Below the pieces are notes generated by a model that ran no database searches, was not told where the DNA came from, and was given only the letters and a program-made list of their open reading frames with translations. From assembly GCA_013239625.1 (NCBI GenBank), contig MU055600.1:20535520-20599519 (forward strand): a stretch of 64,000 nt of DNA, in the 5' to 3' direction. Both the position numbers and the translations under genes were made by a program. Shown piece by piece: positions 12,271 through 24,817 of this stretch (within the stretch, counting starts at the first letter, position 1; every line of letters begins with the position of its first letter). This stretch comes from Lama guanicoe. Its lineage: Eukaryota.

Positions 12271-13360
12271 TCTTCAAACCTGCAGGCTGATTCCTCCTAC
12301 TTTCTTCTTTTTCAAGATTACTTTCAGAAGTTTAACGATATCTCGGTGTGGATTTCTTTGGGTTTATCTTGTTTGGAATTCACTAAGCTTCCTGAATCTG
12401 GAGGCTTCTGCCCCAACCCGACCGCGGGGTCTTCAGCAGTTAGTTCACTGAGCAATTACTCAGGGTCTCCCTCTACCTTCTCTGCTAGAATTTCAAAGAC
12501 ACAAAGGTTAGATCTTCCGGTCTAGTCCTGCGGGTCCCCGAGCATCAGTTCTTTCTTCCTCCACCCGGCCCTGTGTTTTTTCTCTCTGTTGCCCAGATTG
12601 GGCGATTTTTACTCCTGTATCTTCAAGTTCACCATTCTTTCCTTTGTCATCTCCTGTTCTGCAGTTTAATCCACTCGGTGAGATTTCATTTCAGTTACTG
12701 TACTTTTCGTTCTAAAATTTTCATCTGATGCCTTTTGTTTCTTTGCTGAGTCTTCGTGTTTTTCCTCGCTTGTTGCACATGTGTTCATAACTGCTGGCTG
12801 GCGCCTGCTTCAACAAACTTCCGGCGTCTCTGTCACCTCAGAGTCGGCATCAACTGATTGTCTTTTCTCAGTTAGTGTGGGATCTCCATGTTTCTTGGTA
12901 AGACGGGTAATTTTCAGTTGAAACCTGGACATTTTAGGTATGCTAGAGGCTTTAGATCTTATTTAAACCTTCCATTTTAGCTGGTTCCTCTGACACTGCC
13001 TCGGCAGAGGAAGGGGGACCCTACCCTACTACACCAGGTGGAGACAGAAGTCCAGGCTCCCCACTTGGCCTCTACTGACCCCCAAGGGGGAGGGGTACTG
13101 CTGCTGAGCAGGGGACGGAGCTCCAGCTGCCCCGGCTGGCGGGGAGTGGGGTAGAGGGCCTCATCACTGTGCCTCCTGTGGCACCACTGGTGGGGAGGGG
13201 GCCTGGAAGCAGGAGTGGACAGATGGCCTCATCACTGCTGGGTGGTAGTAAGAGTCCTGCCTCTCCACGAGGTCTTCTCTGACCACCCAGTGGAGAGGGC
13301 AAGGATGTCTCATTGCTGCTGGGTGGGAGTGAAAGTCCAGGCTCCCCACAAGTCTCTGAA
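11760..13360 (-). mobile_element. Old L1M element: 3'/ORF2 part (about 11760-12270), then ORF1 and 5'UTR part
   Basis: ggtgtggatttctttgggtttatcttgtttggaattcactaagcttcctgaatct is typical antisense L1M ORF1; degenerate repeated units (aagtccaggctccccac, ctcatcactg) at 13020-13360 resemble L1M 5'UTR monomers. Confidence 0.7.
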
Positions 13361-14714
13361 ACTGAGCAATGGGCCCTCAGAAATGGCTATCACCATTCAT
13401 TTAGTCATGAAGAACGAGTGACCCCAGAGACAGAGGAGAACGGTTTACAGGAGGTCGAGTGGCAAGATGGTGGCAAAGTCAGGACTCAACGCCCATGCCC
13501 TTGGCTCCAAGACCGGGAGCTCCTAACGCACAGAAAGAATGCCAGCCCCGCCCCCAACATAGTAACACCAGATCTCACTGGCCAGAGGAGAGGGGCTGCC
13601 TCCCTTCACACCCTGCCAGACCCAGGCCAGGAAGCACACGTGGTTGTACACCGCCATCCCCCAAACAACACAGACACACGTCGATTCAAGACGGACCTTC
13701 CATCCAACACACACAGCAAAAGCACCACGAGAGCCAAGAACCACGGCGTCACAGTCGCCTTCGGAGCCGTGGTCTTCCATCTGGAAGCGGTCCTGGCTTT
13801 CCTACTGTTAGACTCTCTGAAACCAAGATACACCCAGGAGCTGCGGAACTGCAAGCAGCCAGCAGGCCAGGCGGCCCCCTCCTGGCTGGAGAGCTGGGTC
13901 TGCACCCAGCGGGAGGCGCCTGCCTTGGACCCGGGGCCTCTCTTCTGGCCCCGCAGCGGTCTGAGCACAGCCCTGCTTACTCCCCGGCAAGGGAAAGCTG
14001 GTGACCTGGGAGGGGAGGCTGCTTTCTAACAGCCTTTGTTTTTGTTTCCATTTAAAAAGGTTAGTGACTTTACTGCATGTGGAAAGAACCGAAGTAATTT
14101 CAAAGAGGCTCCGCATGTTTTGGAGCTGACCAAAGACACAGGACAGCTGGGCGGGGAGGGGAAGAAGCGGAAGAGAAGGAACACAGTCTATCCCACATTC
14201 ACCACGTGCCAGACATGCGCCTTGAGTTCCTTCCCATGACTTCCCCTGGCTTCTGCAACGAAAATTCCAGCTGGAATCGAGCTCCGACCCCTCACGGTGG
14301 GCCGTCGGGCTGTCGCGAGTAGGGCCGAGCTGCTAGACTCCAGGAAGGTGCACAGGGACGGAACCACAGCTTCACGGTTTACAGTCTGAATCACGAAACA
14401 GAATGGTGTAACTATTCATAAAGTCATTGCATGCCTACATCTCAAAACAAGATGATCTCAATTTAAAAATTCACTAGAATAACTACTTAAGGGATTGCAA
14501 GTTGTGCTGAAGAAATTGCCTGCACTGGCATCAGCCAGGCTGGGAAATACCCACAGTCTTTTGACAGAACTTGTGAACTGAGCCGTACTCTTATGAGCAG
14601 AACTGTGAGCGAGTCTGTGGACTACAGAGAGATTTTAACATGCGCTCTTTTTGTCTTATTTTTTTAACGGTCGCTCAGTTTAAAACAATTTTCAAATGTT
14701 ACCGTCATCTAGCC

Positions 14715-15014
14715 CAGGGTCAGCACACTGTGGCTGGTGGGCCAGACCTGACCCCCTGCCCTCTCTGTCACGTTTCCAAGTGGCTGCACAAACAGAGAAA
14801 GAAAGTCATTTTGTGACGTGAAAATTATATGAAGTGCAAGTTGCAGCGCCCATAAATAAGGTTTCACTGCCCGTTCATTTACGTGTCGTTTATGGTGGCT
14901 TTCCTGCTCAAAAGGCAGCGTTGATTCATTGCAACATGGACCATATACCGTGCAAAGCTGAAATATTAACTCACTGGTGGCCCCTTTACAGAAAAAAAAA
15001 GCTTGCTGACCCCT
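14715..15014. mobile_element. MER58-like hAT-Charlie element
   Basis: cagggtcagcacact...tggcccctttacagaaaaa..gcttgctgacccctg termini. Confidence 0.75.
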
Positions 15015-15539
15015 GATCTAGACAGTCTGTGACGTGGCGGTGCAGGACCGAGAACACACTGAGATGATGGCAGTGAGAACCAGCAGCAGCAGCCTGGCCC
15101 TTGAGGAAGCCAAGTAACCGCCCGGAGACACCAGGCGGGCCTTTTACGAGCGACCCTCCGTGCAGTGCTGGAGATAACAGTGACAACGTGAAAAGCCACA
15201 TGTGAGCAAAATGATGCATTGTGAGAACGCACCAAGCACACACGCACGCCCCTGCCACTGATCTCCAGGAAAAGCACAATCTGAAATATGAGGGACCTGC
15301 ATTCCGTGGGGTCTTCCAGAATGCAGCCCTCCCACAAAACCGGCTCCCACCGCCTCTCCCCCTCCCTCCACACGGTTTCCCACATTCGGGCGCCGTCCTC
15401 AGTCTCTGTGAATTCCCACCAACCTCAGTCTGACGTCCCTCTCCTGGGCCCCAGGCTTCCGACTGCCTGGTGTTTATCACACGGACCATCTCCCCGCCAA
15501 CCCCTCCAAGGCTGTATGCGCCTCCAAGGCAGCAGTGCC

Positions 15540-16040
15540 ACCCTCTTCATCTTTCAGATGGACAGACGCGCCCGTGCGCACGAAGGCGCACAGCAGGCCC
15601 TCCGCGTCACTAGCGGACGGAACACACGCCGCCCACGTGCCGCCTCCTCTGACCCCGCAGCCCGCGCCGTGAGCCCAGCCCGCTGCACAGACGAGGCGTC
15701 GGGAGCGCGGAGAGCTTGAGCTGTCCCCGGGCCGTGAGCGGCAGGCCGGCCTGGAACCCACGCGGGGACAGTGCGGGGCGCTGCCACGCGCGCGCCGCGG
15801 CCCAGGGAGCTCGGGCAGCAGGGGCAGCGAGCGCACGGGGACGCCCGCACGGAGCCACTGAAGCGCGTCGGCACCGCGTCAGAAGCCGCCAAGACCATCC
15901 GCTTCACGGCGCTTCGCGAAAGAAGCCACTTACAGGACCGCCTGCTGTGCGACGCCATCTATCCGCGAGCCCGTATGAACTCCGACACAGCGCCGTGTGG
16001 GGCGGGGAGGCCCCAGCCCCCGGCGCCTCTCACGCTGCTG
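15540..16040. promoter_or_regulatory. Intronic CpG island derived from MIR plus an L1ME 3' fragment
   Basis: CpG-dense, with residual repeat text (see findings). Confidence 0.6.
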
Positions 16041-16529
16041 GGAGGCGTGAACGGCACCTAATACTGTTCACCAAGACCAGCACCCGCTCTCCTTCTGGGT
16101 GCTCCCCCAGGCCTCCCAGGGGCCTTTTCTCTGCAGACCCCTCAGCAGCTTAACACTCTTAGCACAGCTCCTGCTTTGGACCCGGTAATTCCATGACCAG
16201 GAACGGAATGTCCAAAATGGAATGTGAAGCGAAAGAAAAAGAAAAACAAAGCCCAGCACACGGGACATTCAAGTTGGTAGTACTAATTTTCTGATTAGGG
16301 TAGAACACTCAAAAAAACCTAGATGCCTAACAGAGGAAGGAGAATGGCTAAGGAAACCGTGATGGGACAAAGCATGGAAACAGTCACTGTGCTTAAAAAT
16401 GGGAAGCCTGACTAGGTCAAGAGAAACGTTAACATCATCTCCTCTGTGTGGAAAAGGTGTGTGTGAATTAAAATACAGGCAAATATCAAGGAGGAAACAC
16501 TACCAGCAGCTAGTGGACCATGCAGATAT

Positions 16530-16760
16530 TTGGGGGGAGGGGAGGAGGAAGGAGGAGGGGGNNNNNNNNNNNNNNNNNNNNNNNNNNNNNNNNNNNNNNN
16601 NNNNNNNNNNNNNNNNNNNNNNNNNNNNNNNNNNNNNNNNNNNNNNNNNNNNNNNNNAGGAGGGGGAGGGGAGGAGGGAGGGGAGGAGGAGAGGAGGGAG
16701 GGAAGGAGCAGAGGAGGGAGAAGGGGATGGGAAGAAGGAGGGGAGGAGGGAGGGGAGTAA
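16530..16760 (+). repeat. Polypurine (GGA/GGGGA)n low-complexity tract spanning an assembly gap (N 16562-16657)
   Basis: Directly visible. Confidence 0.95.
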
Positions 16761-16779
16761 AACTCAAGTTAAAAATAAC

Positions 16780-17310
16780 CCAGCTGTGGAATTATACAGT
16801 CTTTCTAGAAGGTCAGTTTGACCATATGTATCAAATACCTTAAGAGTATTTACATCTTTTATCCCAGGAACAGAACTGTGCATTAACAGAAGTACAAAAA
16901 ATGCACAAAAGAAGCAGTTTTATTTATAAACAATATTGAAAAACTGAAAACAATCCAACATGTCCAAAATAGGGGTCTGTTTAAGCAAATATTAATGTTT
17001 CTAAAAATACACTGCAGCCATTTAGTAAATCACGCTTTGGAAGAATGTGGAATATTTAGTACATAAGGAAAATGTTTACCATGTATTGTTAAGCGAAAAA
17101 GTAGTGAACAAAACAATATATTTAGCATAATACCAGTTTTATAGAACTGTGTATGTGTGTTTGAGTGTGGAGAAAGACTAGAAAGACACACATTAAAAAT
17201 AACGGTCATCATTAGTTGGGGAATTGTGGATGACTTTTATTTTTCTTCTTTGAGTTTTCTGTATTTCCTAAGTTTTCTACAACAAATGCACCTTACTGTG
17301 GTCATCAGAA
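16780..17310 (+). mobile_element. L1ME 3' fragment
   Basis: tattgttaagcgaaaaagtag...agcataataccagttttat and gggaattgtggatgacttttatttttctt. Confidence 0.7.
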
Positions 17311-17789
17311 AAAATCAAGTGTTACATCTAAAGAGCAAGTCACCAGTGCTGCCAGGGGCCACCTGGAGTCAGGAGCCGCAGACTCGTGGGGGCCGGACTG
17401 TCTCCGCGGCACCGAAACTTGGCAGACATGGCAGAGACGGCTCAGGACACCTGGAGGTCACCTCTCCCAGGCAGGGAGGGGCCCACTGCACCCACGTGGC
17501 CTCTCCAGGACCTGTCTCAGTAGGCTTGGCAATGGCACAAGCCGAGGGCAGCACAAGTGCCTGGAGGAGAGGAGCTGGGCTCCCGTGCTCCCCCCAGAGT
17601 AGGAACCCCGCCAGTACCGCGCCCCCACCTCCACCCCCCACCCACTTTGCGCACTGGTCTTCCACAGCCGCCCACGGTAAAACACGAGCACCCTGTTGCG
17701 CTGCATCTGTCCTGCGGCTGCTACTCCACGCCTTCTCTAAGCAAAACGGTCGGCCTTACGTTTTAGGTTAAAAGTGGGCCACACAGCCA

Positions 17790-18130
17790 GAAACGGGACT
17801 GAAGCACTGATACCTGCCTCAACGTGGGTGAACCCCGGCAGCACGGTTCCTAGTGAAAGACGCCAGTCACTGAAGACCACGGGTCGTGTGATTCCATTTA
17901 CATAAAACGTCCAGAATCCAGAGAGACAAGAAAGTAGGTTTGTGGTTTCCACGGGCTGCCGGGGAGGGGGAGTGGGGAGTGACTTCTAATGGGCTCTGAG
18001 TTCCTTTCAGAGGTGCTGAAAAGATTCTGGAAGGAGATAATGGTGATGGTTGCACAACTTCGTGAATAAACTAAAAACCACTGAAGTGTGCACTTCAAAA
18101 TGGTGAATTTTATGGTATGTGAATTTTTAC
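17790..18130 (+). mobile_element. L1MB 3' end
   Basis: gattccatttacataaaacgtccagaat...tggtgatggttgcacaact..gtgaataaactaaaaaccactgaagtgtgcacttcaaaatggtgaattttatgg. Confidence 0.85.
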
Positions 18131-18239
18131 AAATTTCAAGTGGATTACAATTAGAATTTTAAGTGGTTACAATGAGACTTCTCAGTGAGTTATAATTACA
18201 CTGAGGCCCTACCTGGCCTATGAGCCCCCAGCGTACTTA

Positions 18240-18420
18240 TTCTGGAGCCAGATGACTTGGGACTCAGGTATCATTCTGACATCCACTTGCTGTGTGAGCC
18301 TGTGTGATTTCCTCAACCTCTCTGAGCCTCAGTTTTCTAGCCTGTGGAGCAGGAGTAATAATGCCTAGCTCACGTGGATTGTTGAGAGCATTGAACAAGC
18401 TAATGCAGGGAAATCCCGGT
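18240..18420 (+). mobile_element. MIR
   Basis: ctcaacctctctgagcctcagtttt...ggattgttgagagcattgaac. Confidence 0.7.
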
Positions 18421-21400
18421 CCCTGACGCGGAGCTTCGAGAACAGCAGTGCCTCACCCTCAGCTGGCCCGCAGATCCTCTGAGCTCCAAGTAGAATGAAA
18501 CCCTGGGTCTTGGCTAAAACAGCACCAAAATCAAGCCGGACCTGGGTCCTCATCTGTTCTGGAAATGACACTAAATGGAAGTAGAGGCTGGGACGTCAGG
18601 CACACCCTGTGATGGGGCTTCAAAACTTGAAGACGAGGCTTGACTCCCAAGGCTCCCCTTATGACCAGCAATAAACTCCCTGCCACAGTCTCAAAGGGCC
18701 TGGTGTCACTGTCGGGCTTGACCCTCTCAACCACTACATAACTATCCCTACTCCTGGCATCAATCAAGGCTGAGGCGATGGGAGCTCAGAGAAATCAGAG
18801 GACGGGGCAGAGCTGTGATTTGCACCCAGGTCAGACCATCTCCTCGGCTCTGACTTTTGCTTTCAAGGCAGCCGCCCTCTCCACGCACAGCCACTTTGCT
18901 CTGCGCTGTCCGGTCACAGCGAGGCTGGCCGTGGGCAGAGCTGCTGTGGAAGGGCCGTGCCACGAGGGGGCCCGGTGGCATCACTGCCCGGTCCACCAGC
19001 TCTGGCCACCAAGCATGGAGGCGGGGGCAGGGGACAGCAGTGTAACCCAAAGGGCAGCTGGAGGCCAGCGAGCCAGCAGCAAAGGGAGGGGCGAGGGGAA
19101 CCAGCATTCAAGGCACGTGAGGGTCAGAGGTCAAACAACCAGATCAACAGCCCTAAGCAAGGCCGCTTACATCCTACCCATAGAGGTTCTAGTGTCTGGA
19201 TTTAGCCAGAGAGGTGAGAAAAAGTGACAGCTACGATCCACTTGGCACTTCCACGTGCCTGAGACCGCGGTCAGCTTTTTATATCCTCATGAATCTCACC
19301 CATGGCATGTCTCTATCATCCCCAGTTCACAGGTGGGAAAACTACAGCCCAGGAGTGCGAGGAACTGTTCAGGGACCCCCAGCGTTGGGGAGCCAAGGCC
19401 TGGACTCAGGGAGCTGGCTCCGGAGGGCCTCCCACTCGGCATCATGGTGCTGCTGCCTGACCCGGAGCAGCAGGTGGACCCACTGCCAGAGGTGGTGTCC
19501 GGCCAGTGTCAGACGCCTCCTCGATCTTTCTTGAAATGACAAGTGGTCGGAGTCACTGCAGGAAAGGACTTTACAGAAGGAAAAATCTGCTTGGCAACCA
19601 CAAATCTGTAACTTGCTGATGTGATCGGAAGGTTTCCGAGAGCAGAGCAGCCGCCCAGCAGTCCGCGTATCCACTTTCATAAGGCATTCATCTGAGCCTC
19701 CAAGAAAATGGTTAAGTCAAAGATGTCGCTTGTCACACACCCTGCCCCTCCCCCACGGTCACGTGGCTGTGTCTCTGCTGTGAATCAAAGGCCAAGCTCC
19801 CCTTTCATCAGAGGCCTATAGATAATTGCCTTGCGATTTCCCTGCTGGGACTCAGAGGGCCACGGCCTAAAGGGTTAACATCTCATTTCCTCTCATCTTT
19901 CAAGCCTTAATCCCCATCCCGAGCTGGGTGCATTCCAAGCCCACCTGGAGCAGGTCACGACGGGCCCCAGCCCATGGCTGGCCCTTCATTTCCCCTGGCA
20001 GGAGACTAGAGGGGGCGCCCATTAATCACTCATTACTCGGGTCCTCACTGCCGGCCAGCCCCCGGGCAGCCGGCCAGCGGGCGGGGAGGGTGGGGCAGGC
20101 CCGCCCGCCCGCTGCCCGGCCTAGGTCATGGGTTGCCCGGTGCCACCCTTCTGGGACAACCGTGGCGTCAACTGGCTCTCTGTCCTCTGGACCACGCCCG
20201 AGAGGAGAGGGGATGAGGGAGAATGCTGCCCTGCCGGGCGGGGTATCACTCATGACCCACCCAGGCGGGCTCATCGGAGAAGACAGTGTATGCTGTATGT
20301 TCGGTTGAAAGATTAGGTAAAAAGAAAGAGGCAAGCAAAAAGAGACCACTCTCCCGGGACAAGTAAGCATCAGTAAAGGGAATTGCTGCCTGTCTGCTCC
20401 TTAGGTTCTTCTCAGAGGAAGCTAAAGGGAAACCGGAGGGGGAAAGTGGACAGGGGAGAAGATGCTGAGTGGATAATTCATTATTATTACTACTGCACAG
20501 CTGGCAGGGTTCACTGGCTGGTGTGAATACAAGGCTGCGATGCTCCGCCCTTCAGACACAAAGCCCCCAGGGCTCAGGGAGCCTGAGGTTACACACTTTT
20601 TCTCCAGCACATCCAGCGCCGCCTGCCTGCCGAGCTCCGACTGGGTGCCAGGCAGTTAAGTGGAGTGAGAACTGACGGCGGGCGCCCACTAGGTGCCGGG
20701 CCTTGGCTCCGCTCCGAGTGCTCGGGCACCGGCCCCCACACAGCCCTCCAGGCTGTGCCCATCCTCTGTTGCAGATGGGGAGACTGAGGGTGGAGGTGCG
20801 AGGGGGTGAAGCACAGGCCTGCAGAATGAAGATGTGTCCGTGAGCAGACCTCACTCTGGGGAAGAGTGCAGCTCAGCCCGCCCATGGCAGCAGTGCGTGG
20901 CACCGGGAGCCTCAGCTCGTTGTGACCCCAGGCAACCTGGGGCTCCAGACCAACCCACCCTGGGCCTTCTCCCTCAGCACTGGCTCAGGCCCAGAAATAA
21001 TTCACAGTGACCTGCATGGGGGCTGGGCTTCCCCGCCTTCGTGGGGGATGCTTTCAGGACTGAACTGAAGACCCCTTTGGCCAGAAGAGGGCTCTGCTCC
21101 GCGGCTCACTCCTTAGAGTCAAGGTCAAGGCCTCAGCCAAGGATAAAGTGGCTTAACTCACCACCTGTCACTGCAACCTCACTGTAAAAACACGAGGGCA
21201 GGGGTCCTCAGACCGGAGCCTGCTGCCTGAGGCCATCTTTAAAGTGCCCATTCCCGGAATCTGGGGTTTTTCCCCCACCAGATCCTAATTCTGATTCAGC
21301 TGTTTCAAAGACAACCCTCTCAGGAAATAATGATACACTAGAAAGAGCACCAAACTGAGCTGGGCTGTAAGGCTAGGGTTCAAAACCTGAGCTGTTGACC

Positions 21401-22349
21401 TCGGGCAAACAAGCCGCATTTCCTCCCTTGTCCCCGGCACAGACGGCTGGGAGGAGCCTTTAATCCGCCAGCACACAGGGCTTGTTAAACAGGACCTGAA
21501 GGAGTTCATCAGGCCAATGAGGCTCCAGAAACCGGAGAAGTCAGTTTTGATGGGTTGGGGAAAGGAAAGAAGGCAAATACAGCCCAGAAGATGAGAGGTG
21601 GCCAGCCTCAGAGCACAGATCCTGCGGGGGGGCAGGGGTGGTGACAGTGGGACCCCGAAGGAGGGGAGAGTCAGCAGAGCAGCCTCAAGGCAGGGCCCCT
21701 CCGGTCGTCAGCTGGGTCCTACCAGCGCAGCATTTCTAATCCATGACCTTCAAAGAGAAGCCAGTCAACAAACACATGAAGCCTTTAGATCTGCTCGTAT
21801 GTAAATAAATGTCACCATTCTGCACACAAACTGAAAGACAGACAAAAGGCGGGAAAAGGACAGGAGAAGAGAAAGGAGGGAAAGCAGGATGGAAAGTTAA
21901 ACTCAGTCAAGTTTTGAGGTTCATCGGTGCTGGCAGGGAGCTGGCTTTGTGCCCCCGGGCCAGGGAGAGGCCGGAGGACCAGAAGCCTCGGGGCTGCTCT
22001 GGAGACACATCCGGGCGGCTGGGGAGACAAGGCCTGCCCACCAGGATATGTCCAGGCTGAATACAGAGTCAGTGCGGAGAATGTGGGGGAGCACAGAAGG
22101 TGGGTTCAGGGAAGGGGGGGCGTGTGCCAGAGGGCAGGGATACACGTCCTGACAAACCTGACACCAGCAAGGGGAGCTCTGACTTTCCGAGCTGGGGGAG
22201 GGGGGCGTACAAGACCACGATAAAACGTCCAGGTACGCGGAATGAAGGGTTTCAGGCAGCGGAGGGTTGGGCTGCTCTTGGGTCAGTCAAGTAGGCTGAA
22301 ATTAAGGCAGGTTTTAAATGCCCAGATGAAGAATGACCTTGACGCCGCC

Positions 22350-22720
22350 ATGTCCACACCAGCACTTCCACGTCTCTGGGTCTTTGCTCAAGCTCTTCCC
22401 CCTGCCTGGCAGGCCCTCCCTCCTGCCAGCCTTCCCCAGCTCCTTGAACTCCTCCTCGTGCTTCAAAGCCCAGCTATAATTTCCCTAGCTCCTCCCATGC
22501 AGGAAAATGTTTCTCCCTCATCTGTGTCTCCCCGATGTTTTGCAAAGTTTTGTGGTTATTTCTTTACGTCCCTTTCTCTCCCAGGTGGCTATGTGTCACC
22601 CGCTAGTCAACAAATCAAGGGCAAGAATATGGTCTCGTTCTCAGTTTAAACCCCAGCACGTAGTAACAGTCCCTGGCACACAACGGATGCCCAAAAATAT
22701 TGGTTGGAGAAGATTTAAAT
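22350..22720 (-). mobile_element. L2 fragment
   Basis: tctttgctcaagctcttccccctgcctgg...ccctggcacacaacggatgcccaaaaatatttggttg. Confidence 0.6.
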
Positions 22721-24664
22721 AGAAGTGAATACCAGGGAGCCACTGTGATACCTTGAAAGGAATGATGTGGCCAAATCAGAATTTTAGGAGTATTAATCTG
22801 TCAGCATGAAAGAAGATGGATTAAAATGAAGAAAGGGACTCGTGGCCAGGAGTCAAGAGGGGAGCCTATTACTGTAATGTGGACATGGTTTACAGAGCGG
22901 GCAGAGGGAATGGAGACAGGAAAACAATTTCCTGAGCTATCACAAGAGAATGTGGAAGGGACTTGGTAACGAATTAGCTATAAATGAGGGGGTGGGATGG
23001 GGAGCTGGGAGCCCTCAAACACTGAGACCCCAGCCAACGGGAGGAAGGTGGTGCCATGGAGAGAAATGGGGGGTGCAGTAGGCTGGGCAAGCAGTACCCA
23101 GCCTCTCTTTACAGTGAGCGATTGCAATCACAACAAACATTTCTGGGCCAAAAACAACAGCAACAATCCTCCGAGTCCAAAATATCCAAGCCCATCTCAC
23201 TCCCCAACTCTGGACGGTTCTTTATTTACTTTTTCCTAACAGCCAATCAGAACCATTGCTTCATGGCAGGGGAGGCCGAAATGAAGACAAGGCCAGCCCG
23301 GCGCCCCACCGGAAGGAGTTCTACAAGCTTAACCGACCAGCCTTCCTCTCGGAGGCCACCCGGGTGGCTGCTCGTAGGGCCTCCTTGTTCTCGTCACCCA
23401 AAGCCCTCTCCAGGACCTCTGGGAATGCCTGCTCCAGCGCCGCAGAGGTGTGTAGGAAAGTCCCAGGACTTCCATCTGCTTCCTCTCATTAATTTCAGGG
23501 CTGGGATTTTGTTTTCTAAAGGAATTCAACTACGGTGCCAACAAAAGTCTAAAGGAATGGAGTAGTACTGTATTTAAGTCACCTTTTTAAAATGTTTGCT
23601 TCTTTGTGTTTTGAGACCCAATAACACCCTACTAAGCAACCACTCATCACCTTCAGCGATGCAGCAGAAGACATCGCGATGCAGGTGACGCGGGTTCTCA
23701 GAGCTGTGTGGTCTCTGGAAAAATGTTAAGACTTTTCTGTGCCTGGGCTCCTTCGGCTGGGGACGACAGCTGGACCAGGTGATTCCTTAGCCCTCTCGCA
23801 GGACCCTTTTTCTCTTATTCCAAATTCCAACAGGCATCGCATGACCGCTCGGGCTACCCAGGTCCAAGGCTTCAGATTCACGTACTGCCTGCCAAGGGAC
23901 GCGGGCTGCGTGGCGGGGGTCACAGAGGGGGCAGGGAAGACGCCAGCACGCGCAGTCCGCGGGCGGGGGCGGGCTGCTCGGGGGTCCCCAGACCCACCAG
24001 TTCCAGATGCTAAGTGGGCCTGAGAACAACCTGAAAGCCTCTTCCCAGTTTAGGGCTGATGTTTCACAGAAAAAAAATACTAACTTCCAGGGCGCTGCAG
24101 CTCCAACGTGGGCCGGCTCTGTAAGAGCCCAGCCTGCAGGCGCGCCGAGGGGCTGCAGGTTCTCGGGCTGCACTCGAGGAAGGGTCCGGAGCCGGCGGAA
24201 CAGCGCGTCCCCTCGGGCTCCCGAGGCGCCGGGCTGCAGCGGCCGCGCGGAGGCGCACGCGGGGTCGGGCTGCCCGCTCCCCGGCCCGGGCCCGAGGCTG
24301 GCGAGGCTGCGGCGGGGCGCGCGCGCGCTGGGTGTGTGCCCGCCCGTCCCCACCGGCCCCGGGACGCCCAGGCTGGCCGTCCCCCGAGTCCCCGAGCTGG
24401 AGGAGGGCGGAGGGTGAGTGCTGGCGCTGGGACAGAGCGGGTCCCCCGGGAAGGCAGGCGGGAGGAGGCGGCACAGCCGTCGGCGTGGACCCGGCGCGCG
24501 CTGGCTCCCCTCGCCCGGGGCGGGCGCCCCGACACACCTACCGCGCCCGCCGCCTGCCCAGCGCGCCCGGGGTCGGGACAGGCCCGAGAGCCGGGCAGCG
24601 ACGCGGCCCGAGAGCGGGGGACGCGGGGGGACGCAGGGCGCGCGGTGCGGGCGGCGCTGCTCAC

Positions 24665-24780
24665 CTGGCCCTCCGCCAAGCGGCTCGGGCGCGCGGAGAG
24701 CTCTGCTCGGAGTGTGAGGCCGGGAGAGCCGCGCTCCGCGCTGCCTGCGTCCCTCCTCCTCCCCCCGCTCGCGGCCCCCC
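24665..24780 (-). other. Non-coding first exon (5' boundary approximate)
   Basis: Donor GGCCAG|gtgagc at 24665/24664 inside the CpG island; no ATG in the exon. Confidence 0.6.
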
Positions 24781-24803
24781 GCTGTCACCGGGAGCCGCTC
24801 GCG

Positions 24804-24817
24804 CCGCCCCCTGGCGG
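24804..24817 (-). promoter_or_regulatory. CTCF-like motif
   Basis: CCGCCAGGGGGCGG closely matches the CTCF core consensus. Confidence 0.5.

Noticed and set aside
11509-12451. ORFs of 184-220 aa
   Set aside because: Same GC artefact; the underlying sequence is repeat-derived.
13313-14029. 238-aa plus-strand ORF
   Set aside because: Non-ATG start inside an L1 remnant, no recognisable motif, and antisense within an intron.
23858-23888. Possible 31-nt second 5'UTR exon on the minus strand
   Set aside because: The acceptor is plausible but the donor (TGG|gtagcc) is weak; insufficient support.
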